From Actinomycetota bacterium (lineage in GTDB: Bacteria; Actinomycetota; Actinomycetes; Propionibacteriales; Propionibacteriaceae), in the NCBI GenBank assembly GCA_046726195.1, contig JBKPAB010000013.1:9464-73463 (forward strand): a stretch of DNA of 64,000 bases, written 5' to 3'. The notes under the pieces were generated by a model. That model saw only the letters and a program-made list of their open reading frames with translations. It was not told the DNA's origin and did no database searches. Of the stretch, positions 1 to 8,184 are shown in pieces. The stretch's first letter is position 1, and each line of letters starts with the position of its first letter. The translations under genes and the position numbers were made by a program.

Positions 1-1860
1 GTGCTGGCCGCCTCAGCTGCCGTCCGGGTGGTCGCGGTGTGCGGCAGGGACACGGCGCTCGTACGTCGACTGCAGCTGCTTGACCAGCCAACTGATCGAC
101 TCGTCGTGCTGGGCTGGACCGACGACATGGCTGACCTGCTAGCGGAGGCCGACCTGCTGCTGACCAATGGCGGCGCTGTGACGGCCCTGGAGGCGTGGTC
201 GGTCGGCACCCCAGTTCTGATGTACCGGCCTATTGCGGCACACGGCGCTGCCAACGCTGACTTGATGGTGGTGGCCGGGGTCGCGGACCTCGTTACCGAC
301 CGCCGACACCTGTCGGACTACATTCGCGCCATAGCGTCAGAAGCGCGCCCAGCGTCCGGCGAACTGCGCCCTGAGTCCTTCGACGAGCTCAGGACGGCGC
401 CCTTCGACGAGCTCAGGACGGCGCCTGTCGAAGGCCGACATGTCGGTCCAGTCCGGGCACGCCCAGCGCCAGCGTCCGACGGTGTGCAGCACCTCGCGAA
501 CCTGCCATCCGGCATTAGCCCGATGGCGCCCGGTGACGCGTTCTTCGCCTACCTTGACAGCCGCGACGTCCGGCAGGAACTGGGCGTCGTGATCGAGCTC
601 GGCCGACGACCGGACGGCACCGTGCCCGCGCTGTCCGAGATGAGGGCGGAGATCATCCGAGGCTTTCGGGATCTGCCGGCCATGCGGCGTGGACTCGTCC
701 GGACCACCCGGCCAGGATGGCGTCCGTACCCCGAGGCGAGCCTCGACCGGCAGGTGAGGGATCTCGTAGCGCCGGTGCCCATTCCCAACCACGGACCGCA
801 GCAGCGACTGCTCGAGGCCGTCACCGCGTTCTGGTCTGAGCCACTGCCCGAGGATGGCCCGGCCTGGTGTGCTGGGCTCGTACAGGATTCAGAGACCGGT
901 TGCAGTCTGGTCGCCATCAAGTTGCACCACAGCGTGACCGACGGGCTCGCCGCGCTGCCCATCCTCGACCGGGTGTTTGGCGGAAACACCGCCGCAGGTT
1001 TCGCGTCGGGTGCGCCCGCAATCGCCAAGCCGAGGAAGGCCATAAATACGGGACGGTCGGTCAACTTGCTGCGGAGCTCGGCCCGGATGGTCTCGGGGCT
1101 CGGCATTCTCGCCGCCAACGCGCCGGCTGGTCGTCAGCCGATCACGGCCGGCCCCGTCAGCCGGCGCCGCGTATTGGTTACCTGGGATGCGCCACGCGGT
1201 GACTTCCTGTCGGCAGCGCGCCGGGTACACGTACGTCCCCAGGAACTTGCGCTTGGACTGATGGCCGAGGCGCTGAGCCGTCTCCTCGTACCAGCTGGGC
1301 TGGTGAATACCCATTCGCCGCTACGCGTCATGGTGCCAACGACGGTCCGTGGACGTGGGGACCGGCTCCTCGGCAACAAAACCGGAGCCATCTCAGTCGA
1401 CCTACCCGTGGAACCGATGACGCTCCGATCTCGCATCGACAAGATCACCGAGGCGACTCGTCGCAGTGCTCGCCGGGGCGAACCACAGGCAGCGTACGCG
1501 GTGATGCGTTTGGCCGGCCGGCTGCCGCCCCGGCTGCACGCTGCTGTCGCGCGAAGCGTTTATCACCGCCGGTTCTTCCACGCCATCCTCACCTACCTTC
1601 CCGGCTCACGCCAGCCGCGTTGGCTCGCCGACGCCCCGGTTCGGGCCGTCTACCCGTTCCTGCCGCTCGCCCCGACCGTCCCGCTGACCGCCGGCCTGCT
1701 GACCTTCGGGCCGACCGCCTGCGTCGGACTGCAGCTGGACGCCTCACTGAACCTCCGGCCTGAATGTGTACGGCAAGCGCTCGACGACGCCTGGAACGCC
1801 GTCGCCCAAGCCGAGGAGCCGACGACAAACTCCGAGGCGCCGCGCGAGGACCGGGGGTGA
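1..1860 (+). CDS. Fusion of a glycosyltransferase family 28-like (MGDG synthase-type) C-terminal domain and a wax ester synthase/diacylglycerol acyltransferase (WS/DGAT) domain; 5' truncated by window edge
   Basis: N-part GWTDDMADLLAEADLLLTNGG..LEA..GTPV..RPIAAHGAANA resembles the GT28 C-domain; C-part has the HHxxxDG acyltransferase motif (KLHHSVTDG), GNKTG and a WS/DGAT-like C-terminal YLPG..PLA segment. Confidence 0.8.
   Translation: MLAASAAVRVVAVCGRDTALVRRLQLLDQPTDRLVVLGWTDDMADLLAEADLLLTNGGAVTALEAWSVGTPVLMYRPIAAHGAANADLMVVAGVADLVTDRRHLSDYIRAIASEARPASGELRPESFDELRTAPFDELRTAPVEGRHVGPVRARPAPASDGVQHLANLPSGISPMAPGDAFFAYLDSRDVRQELGVVIELGRRPDGTVPALSEMRAEIIRGFRDLPAMRRGLVRTTRPGWRPYPEASLDRQVRDLVAPVPIPNHGPQQRLLEAVTAFWSEPLPEDGPAWCAGLVQDSETGCSLVAIKLHHSVTDGLAALPILDRVFGGNTAAGFASGAPAIAKPRKAINTGRSVNLLRSSARMVSGLGILAANAPAGRQPITAGPVSRRRVLVTWDAPRGDFLSAARRVHVRPQELALGLMAEALSRLLVPAGLVNTHSPLRVMVPTTVRGRGDRLLGNKTGAISVDLPVEPMTLRSRIDKITEATRRSARRGEPQAAYAVMRLAGRLPPRLHAAVARSVYHRRFFHAILTYLPGSRQPRWLADAPVRAVYPFLPLAPTVPLTAGLLTFGPTACVGLQLDASLNLRPECVRQALDDAWNAVAQAEEPTTNSEAPREDRG
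367..434. repeat. REP-like family A element, nested form with a 24-bp tandem duplication, read through in frame
   Basis: CCTTCGACGAGCTCAGGACGGCGC at 377-400 and 401-424, flanked by CCCTGAG (left) and CTGTCGAAGG (right); encodes SFDELRTA-PFDELRTA-PVEG. Confidence 0.85.
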
Positions 1861-2255
1861 CCGTCAGCCTGGTCGCTACAGCCGTCGCATTGGCGCTGCT
1901 GGCAGCGGGGTGTTTTTGCACCACGGGCTACCTGCAACATGAATCGGCCCGGGCGGCGCCACGTCGTGGGCCGCTGCATCCGCGGTTGCTGCTCGATCTA
2001 TTAGCCGATCGACGGTTGGCCCTGAGTCTCGCGCTGATCGTGGCGGCGTTCCCGTTCCAAGTGGCTGCCCTTCATCTGGCGCCGTTGGCGGTGATCCAGC
2101 CCCTGCTCGCAACCCAGCCGTTGTGCTACCTGGGTCTGGCGATGGCGGCCGGCGTACTGATTGCCGCTCATCAGGCTCAGCTGATGGCGGATTGGCCGGC
2201 CGCCCACGCAGTCAAGACCGCTGCATCCAAACCGCCGTCGATCCGAGCCGCCTGA
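1857..2255 (+). CDS. Small DMT-superfamily-like membrane protein (about half the usual length)
   Basis: GTG overlaps upstream TGA; hydrophobic helices and FQVAALHLAPLAVIQPLL motif typical of actinobacterial DMT-like proteins. Confidence 0.55.
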   Translation: MTVSLVATAVALALLAAGCFCTTGYLQHESARAAPRRGPLHPRLLLDLLADRRLALSLALIVAAFPFQVAALHLAPLAVIQPLLATQPLCYLGLAMAAGVLIAAHQAQLMADWPAAHAVKTAASKPPSIRAA

Positions 2256-3001
2256 TGCAACTCCGTGGTGCCCAGGCGCTGGTCGTCGGTGCCACTGGAG
2301 GAATCGGCCGAGCCGTGACCGCCGCGCTGGTCGACGCCGGTAGCCGGGTCGTCGCCACAGGCCGCGACGACCGGCGGCTGGCCGAGCTCAGTGGCAGGTT
2401 GGGCATTGAGACGGTCGCCTTTGACCTGGAGGCGGGCGATAGGTCCGATGCTCAGATTCCGCAGGTGCGCGGCGGCTGGAATCTGGTGGTGCTGTGTGCC
2501 GGTGTCGGGCAGCGTGCCGCGCTGGCGACGTACGCTGACGCAGATCTGGACCGGCTATTTCTGATCAATACCGTGGCGCCCATCCGATTAATCCGCGACC
2601 TCTTGCCGCTGCTGGCCGACCCGCCAGGTGAGCGGCGACTAGTCCTGATCGGGTCGATCGCGGGGATCCTGGGCGTGCCCTTCGAGGCCGCGTACGCCGC
2701 GTCGAAGAGCGCCTTGATGATCTTCGGCGACAGCTTGCGCGTCGAGTTGGATGGCGCCGGAACCGGCGTCACCATTGTCAATCCCGGAGTGGTGGAGACC
2801 GAATTCTTTGATCGGCGCGGTGTGCCCTATCACCGCCGCTTTCCCCGGCCGGTATCGCCCGAGCAAGTCGCGGCGGCACTCATCAAAGGGGTCTCTCGCG
2901 ACCGCGCGGAGGTCGCCGTCCCCGGATGGCTGCGACTCCCCATTGTCCTCCGCGCCTGCGCCCCCGGCGCGTACTGGCGACTGGCTGGTCGATGGGCTTG
3001 A
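2255..3001 (+). CDS. Short-chain dehydrogenase/reductase
   Basis: ATG overlaps upstream TGA; GATGGIG Rossmann motif, CAG, YAASK catalytic motif. Confidence 0.85.
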   Translation: MQLRGAQALVVGATGGIGRAVTAALVDAGSRVVATGRDDRRLAELSGRLGIETVAFDLEAGDRSDAQIPQVRGGWNLVVLCAGVGQRAALATYADADLDRLFLINTVAPIRLIRDLLPLLADPPGERRLVLIGSIAGILGVPFEAAYAASKSALMIFGDSLRVELDGAGTGVTIVNPGVVETEFFDRRGVPYHRRFPRPVSPEQVAAALIKGVSRDRAEVAVPGWLRLPIVLRACAPGAYWRLAGRWA

Positions 3002-3105
3002 CGCCAGAGCGTGGTGCGGGTGTCGGGGACATCTTGGGCGGCGCAGTACGCGGCTTCCTGGTGTGTGCAGACCCCCGCCTGGCTTCTTAGGGCTGGTCGG
3101 CTGGT

Positions 3106-3273
3106 CTAGACCTTCCGGCTGCTCCTCGACCGCCGCCGGGCCAGCCCACCGACGATGGCGGTTCCGATAAGGAGAACGACTCCGATAATCCCCAGCCAAA
3201 CAAGGCCTTCGATCGCGAAACCGACGATCGCAAGAATGAGCCAGATCACCAGCAGAACCACCAGAAGAGTCAT
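3106..3273 (-). CDS. 55-aa small membrane protein (not in the ORF track)
   Basis: Translated by hand: MTLLVVLLVIWLILAIVGFAIEGLVWLGIIGVVLLIGTAIVGGLARRRSRSSRKV*; two hydrophobic helices and a basic tail; upstream GGA. Confidence 0.7.
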   Translation of the reverse strand: MTLLVVLLVIWLILAIVGFAIEGLVWLGIIGVVLLIGTAIVGGLARRRSRSSRKV

Positions 3274-3614
3274 CTATCCAGGATGAATCTGAGCTGCCTT
3301 CAAAACGGTCGAGAAGCACAGGCGCGGAGGTCTCTCCGATACACATCAGCCCGTGGTTCGGAGCCGAGGGATGGCGGCGGATATACCAGGCGGGAAGTTT
3401 CCTCAGTACAAACCGGATGGATGTCGGCCACGATTACCTCGGCGTTCGCGCCGGCGCGGGCGACCATCCGCAATACTCGGCGACGGATTTCAGCCCGACG
3501 ACCGCTGTCCGGCCAAACGTCAGCGTGGCCGACGCGGAGCGGAGCCGACGATGCCAATTCAGGCGACGTCGTGCTGGATGCGGTCGGCTATAACGGGCTG
3601 CGCTGCTCGGATTG

Positions 3615-4220
3615 TCACCACCAACCCTGTTTGTGGGTCCAGCGCAGCAGGATCAACGAGATGATGAGCATGATAAATAGCAGGATGGCCAGCCATACCC
3701 AGTGCGTGGATTCGTTGACAATCACGTTCATCCCGGCCACCGAGGACAGCGATGTGATGGGAAGGGTGACAGCGGCTATGACGGCGAGGCGCTCAGCGGC
3801 AATGGCCATCTTGGTGTCGGTACGCGCACGATTGAACTCAGTAACGCCTATCAAAAACCACAGCTGCGAGTCGCTGATATGGGCGACCGTCTCGTACTGG
3901 TCGAGCACGTCTTTCATCAGTTCCAGCCCCTCGGCGTGTGCAAATTTGGTCAGCTTGATTGCCCGCCGATAGATCTCGCTGCCCTGCTCGGCCATCGTCT
4001 TAATCGTCAACAGCTCGTGCCGGGCCGCAAAGAGCTGGTTGAGGAACTGGTGCGGATCCTCATCCGCTTCAGCCATGACCCGCTGCTCCATCAAGCCGAC
4101 GTCACGGGCGATCTCGGCGACCATCTCGGCTTCGCGCCGGGCTATCGAGGAGACGATCGCGTACGTCAGGCCAAACGTGGAGGTAGGGTGCAGCCGGCCG
4201 CTTTTCATCCGAGCCGCCAC
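3615..4220 (-). pseudogene. 5'-truncated CorA-family Mg2+ transporter
   Basis: C-terminal two TM helices with the GMN signature (VAGMNV); the expected N-terminal half is replaced by intron-derived sequence. Confidence 0.75.
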
Positions 4221-4632
4221 CGCCCTGCCGGTGTTTCCACCGGTGGGTTTCCCCGAGCCGCCTCCCGCACCCGGCGTGCCCGTTTCCGGGCACCGGGCGC
4301 TCCACAAGCCCCGCGGTGGCTCGCTGTGTCCTCAGCCGTGACCGACCAGGGGGAGGGTATGGCCGCTCCCCGGTATCGGTAGCGCGTGGTGCGCACGTTC
4401 GCCGGTTGAACAGCTGCCCGTTCCTCCGTGTCCGGCCACCATCCGCCGCCGCAGTAGCGTCGGCGGAGCTCCTTCACGGTGCTCCGGCGGTGTTTGCGGC
4501 GCAACCATTCGAAAACCCGTCGCCAGGTGTGGGCGCTCAGGTATTTGAGGTGACGCTGGACACGCCGGGCCGGAAGTAGGCGCACCTGCCCCGCAGCATC
4601 CGGTTCAGCTGAAGCAGCAGGACCTCAAAGGT
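4221..4632 (-). mobile_element. Group II intron 3' remnant: frameshifted maturase (domain X) C-terminus, domain V, partial domain VI
   Basis: QLNRMLRGRCAYFRPGVSS / KYLSAHTWRRVFEWLRRKH..RYRYRGAAIPSPW in two frames, followed by D5 and an incomplete D6; no RT domain. Confidence 0.85.
4267..4300 (-). ncRNA. Group II intron domain V
   Basis: 34-nt GCGCCCGGTGCCCGGAAACGGGCACGCCGGGTGC with CGC triad, GAAA tetraloop and AC bulge. Confidence 0.85.
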
Positions 4633-4860
4633 GAAGCACGGTGCCGCGAACAAGGCGGCGACGCCCATGAAGGTGTAGCCGATCCCGTCGACCATTTGCA
4701 TGAAAGATCCCGGTTCGAAAATTAGCTCAACCTGACTCTCGGTGCCGTTCAGCAGGTGCGGCTCGGCGACAAACAGCCAGGTGACATAGACAAGACTCAC
4801 CAGCGAGGCGTAGACCGTCGCAAATGAGATTGCGCCGTACGCGGTTTGAGCCAAACCAGT
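4633..4860 (-). pseudogene. Fragment of a hypothetical multi-pass membrane protein
   Basis: Hydrophobic stretch AISFATVYASLVSLVYVTWLFV..FEPGSFMQMVDGIGYTFMGVAALFAAP; no proper start, and it runs directly into the maturase fragment. Confidence 0.4.
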
Positions 4861-6176
4861 CAGATTCTGCGAGACGCCACTGCCGTAGGCCGGGTCAGGT
4901 AGTCGTGACAGCCGTAGGCGGCAAGGGCCGCAGAGAGCACGACCTGGGATTCGTTCGGACCGCCAGGTGACCATGGCCCCGCGGCGTACAGGCCGCGTAC
5001 TTCGGTTGTCACCGGAGGTCGGCGCAGCCAGCTTGAGAAGCCGCGCCAGGCCACACCGAACGAAGGGCGGGGAAGCGTCCGGGTGAAGTCGTGCGCTGTC
5101 CGTACGCCTTTGCCGGACGACCGGTGCAGGTAACTGAGGGCCGGCACCCCGGCCTCGGTGAGCGTGACCGTCTCATGGACCAGGCCGTTGGGCGCCGGTG
5201 CCTCGCAGTGGGTGATGGTGGGGGCTGCCGCAGGTCTCAGGTGGTCTAGCTGGCGCCGTGTCTTCCGGGCTGTGGTGGCCGGAAGCAGTTCGTTAAAGGT
5301 CTGCCACGGGTCGCAGGTAGCGACGACTGCTGCTGCAGGGTGCTCTCCGTCGCTGGTGGCGACTGCCGCGACCCGGCCGTCGCGAATCGTGATGTGCTCA
5401 ACGGAGCAGGCGAGGTGGACGCGCACCTTACGGAGCGCCAGTCGGGCAGCAAGGGCCTCGACAAGAATCGAGGAGCGGCCCAGATCGAGCGCGGCGTTGC
5501 TGTCGACCGGTTGTACCTGCCAGCGCCCGAACCTGCGTGCCGTGGACAGCTCGACGGCCACGAAAGCCGGCGTCTGTTCGGGCTCCGAACCCGACCGGTA
5601 GGCGATGCTGCGAATCAGGGCGCCGAGATGCTTGTGATCAAAGGAGGTTGCGAGATCCGCGAGGGACATGCGACGTCCCAGCAGGCTCCGCCGGGCGCGC
5701 CGGTGTAACTGTCGGCGACTGCGCAGCTCAGCCTCCAGGCCGAGCCCGCGGAGCGTCTGCCACACCTCATCAAGCCGATCAAGCAGCCGCTGCCACCGTT
5801 CGGCGACCGGGCGGCCGTACGCCTCAGCCAGCGCGGCATACTGACCGCCACGGTCGCTCGGCAGAAGGAGCTCGGCAGCGTCGGCGAAGATCATCTGAGG
5901 CGGCCCGGCAGGTGCCAAGGCGTAGCCCATCTTGGCCAGCTCGGCCTCCAGTGGTCGGCCGCTCTTGCGGAACAGGTCGCGCCAAGGGGCTGGGAAGCCG
6001 AGGATCGAGGGTGCATTGTCAACTGTGCCGCCACCCTGGAGCTGATATGGCGCCCGGGTGCCGCCCAGTGTCTCGGACCGCTCGTAGAGCTCTACCTGAT
6101 GTCCGGCCTTGGCAAGCCGTGCCGCGGCAGCCAATCCAGCCAAGCCGCCGCCGATAACAACGATGGGATCAGGCAT
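4860..6176 (-). CDS. FAD-dependent oxidoreductase, phytoene desaturase (CrtI)-like
   Basis: IVVIGGGLAGLAAAARLAKAG..YERSETLGG dinucleotide-binding motif; C-terminal GLYAAG..PGG. Confidence 0.7.
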   Translation of the reverse strand: MPDPIVVIGGGLAGLAAAARLAKAGHQVELYERSETLGGTRAPYQLQGGGTVDNAPSILGFPAPWRDLFRKSGRPLEAELAKMGYALAPAGPPQMIFADAAELLLPSDRGGQYAALAEAYGRPVAERWQRLLDRLDEVWQTLRGLGLEAELRSRRQLHRRARRSLLGRRMSLADLATSFDHKHLGALIRSIAYRSGSEPEQTPAFVAVELSTARRFGRWQVQPVDSNAALDLGRSSILVEALAARLALRKVRVHLACSVEHITIRDGRVAAVATSDGEHPAAAVVATCDPWQTFNELLPATTARKTRRQLDHLRPAAAPTITHCEAPAPNGLVHETVTLTEAGVPALSYLHRSSGKGVRTAHDFTRTLPRPSFGVAWRGFSSWLRRPPVTTEVRGLYAAGPWSPGGPNESQVVLSAALAAYGCHDYLTRPTAVASRRI

Positions 6177-6258
6177 TAGGCGCGTTGCGGAGGCAGTTCC
6201 ATGAGAGGAGCGTAGGGCCCGACCTTCATGGTGGGGTTGCAGCCATACCCTTAGGCGC

Positions 6259-6993
6259 ATGCCAGATCTGGAACCTGTTGACGAGTCATGGACGACTGCA
6301 CTGTGCGTCGTCGCCCATCCAGATGATCTTGAGTTCGGCACCGCGGCAGCCGTCGCCCGCTGGACCGATCAAGGAAAGACCGTGGTGTACGCCATGCTGA
6401 CCAGTGGCGAGGCAGGCATCGACGCAATGGATCCGGCCGAGGCGCGGCTGGTACGGGAGGCTGAGGAGCTGGAGTCAGCGAGGATCGTCGGCGTCGAGAT
6501 TGTCGATTTTCTCGGCCTCGCCGACGGAGTGTTGGAGTACGGAGTCGGGCTCCGCCGAGCCGTCTGCGCCGCCGTACGGCACCATCGGCCCGAGATCGTG
6601 ATCACCAACAATTTCCGCGAGACCTGGGGTGGCCAGAGCCTCAACCAGGCCGACCACATCGCCACCGGGCGAGCGACCTTGGACGCCGTACGCGATGCCG
6701 CAAATCGCTGGGTGTTTCATGATCAGATCGAGGATGGGCTGGAGCGTTGGAGCGGGGTAAGGCAGGTGTGGGCAGCCTTCTCACCAGACGGAAAACATGC
6801 TGTCGAGACCACCCAGACGTTTGAGCGCGGCGTGGCGTCGTTGGCGGCTCACAAGGCTTACATTGATGGCCTCGGATGGGACTCGTTCGACCCCGCGGAG
6901 TTCTTGGAGAGTGGAGCGCGGCAAGCCGGGACCCGATTAGGTGTCCCCATGGCCGCCACGTTCGAGGTCTTCGACATGGGCTGGGGCGGATAG
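6259..6993 (+). CDS. PIG-L/LmbE-family deacetylase
   Basis: AHPDDLE metal motif, TSGEAG, NQADH. Confidence 0.9.
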   Translation: MPDLEPVDESWTTALCVVAHPDDLEFGTAAAVARWTDQGKTVVYAMLTSGEAGIDAMDPAEARLVREAEELESARIVGVEIVDFLGLADGVLEYGVGLRRAVCAAVRHHRPEIVITNNFRETWGGQSLNQADHIATGRATLDAVRDAANRWVFHDQIEDGLERWSGVRQVWAAFSPDGKHAVETTQTFERGVASLAAHKAYIDGLGWDSFDPAEFLESGARQAGTRLGVPMAATFEVFDMGWGG

Positions 6994-7047
6994 CCCTGGA
7001 TTGTCGTGCCCGCATGGCGCACGCGCGACGCCGTTAAACGCACGCGA

Positions 7048-7114
7048 GCCGTCCTAAGACGTCTAACGAGTGTCCTTGAGCGTGTTTTACTCCTTTTAGC
7101 CGTCTCGGGATGGC
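7048..7114. repeat. Family D hairpin element between convergent genes
   Basis: GCCGTCCTAAGACG ... CGTCTCGGGATGGC imperfect inverted repeat; left arm plus TCTAACGAG resembles 39964-39990. Confidence 0.55.
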
Positions 7115-7311
7115 AGACGCGGGCCAAGCATGCCACGATGCCTGGGCTGGTGGGATCGCGGGTGGGTGGGTCGAGGGCCTGATGCGCGTGTCAATAACCC
7201 ACGCTGCGTGGGATGTTGACGCTCTACATGGCGTGCATGCGATGTACAGCGTGAGGAAGCTAGGTACGGCATGTGCCATTAGACAGAGCGAGGCGACAGC
7301 GAGCGGAGCGG

Positions 7312-8184
7312 TCACACTCTTGCGGCGAGTCTGTAACCCAGCTGGATTAAGCGGTCGAAGCCGCGATCGGGCAAGATCCACTCGGCCAGCAGGATGCCGC
7401 GAGCCCCGCCACCGACCACGTAGCGGGTACGCGGTCTCGGGCTCCGCACCGCCTTTGCAATGGCTTCGGCAACGACCTCAGGACCAGACGCCAGTCGCAT
7501 GTGATCAACTGCGCGCAACCCGGCTCCGACGATCTTGGCCTGCCCGGCATACGCAGTACCTGCCGAGGTCGCCTCGAGCTGATCAGCTGCGATCCCGGAC
7601 CACTCGCTGCGGATGGTGCCCGGCTGGATGATCACGACTTTGATCCCGAATTCGGCCACCTCGACGCGGAGGCTGTCACTGAGTCCCTCGACCGCAAACT
7701 TGCTCGCGTGGTACCAGCTGCCAAGCGGTTCCCAGATCTTGCCGCCCATGGATGAGACATTGACGATATAGCCATCGCGTTGAGCTCGCATCTGGGGAAG
7801 CACCAGCTGAGTAAGACGTGCCAGGCCAAAAACATTGACCTCGAACTGCTGCCTGGCCTCCTCGATGGGTACGTCCTCCAGCGCGCCGTATAACCCGTAA
7901 CCGGCATTGTTGACCAGCACATCGATCCGTCCGGTGTCGTCGATGATTGTCTCGACGAGCGCCGCCATAGACCCGTCGTCGGTGACATCCACGGCCGTGG
8001 TACGGATCCCGCGAGCGGCCAGATCCGACATACGTTCGACGCGCCGAGCACCGGCGAAGACCGTGTAACCGAGCTCCATGAGCTTCCAGGCGGTGGCCTG
8101 GCCGATGCCGGACGACGCGCCGGTGACCAGCGCGGTTTTGGCGGAATTGTCAGGCAGGGGGCTGGCGGGCATGAGCTGGATCAT
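7312..8184 (-). CDS. Short-chain dehydrogenase/oxidoreductase
   Basis: TGASSGIG, NNAG, YHASK; ATG at 8184 overlaps the upstream stop (ATGA). Confidence 0.9.
   Translation of the reverse strand: MIQLMPASPLPDNSAKTALVTGASSGIGQATAWKLMELGYTVFAGARRVERMSDLAARGIRTTAVDVTDDGSMAALVETIIDDTGRIDVLVNNAGYGLYGALEDVPIEEARQQFEVNVFGLARLTQLVLPQMRAQRDGYIVNVSSMGGKIWEPLGSWYHASKFAVEGLSDSLRVEVAEFGIKVVIIQPGTIRSEWSGIAADQLEATSAGTAYAGQAKIVGAGLRAVDHMRLASGPEVVAEAIAKAVRSPRPRTRYVVGGGARGILLAEWILPDRGFDRLIQLGYRLAARV

Noticed and set aside
3300-3557. 85-aa minus-strand ORF downstream of the CorA remnant
   Set aside because: No motif or RBS I can support; may be another decayed fragment.
3283-3972. 229-aa plus-strand ORF
   Set aside because: Largely antisense to the CorA remnant; no recognisable motif.
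4537-4974. 145-aa ORF as a real gene
   Set aside because: Chimera of the end of the CrtI-like region, a membrane-protein fragment and a maturase fragment.
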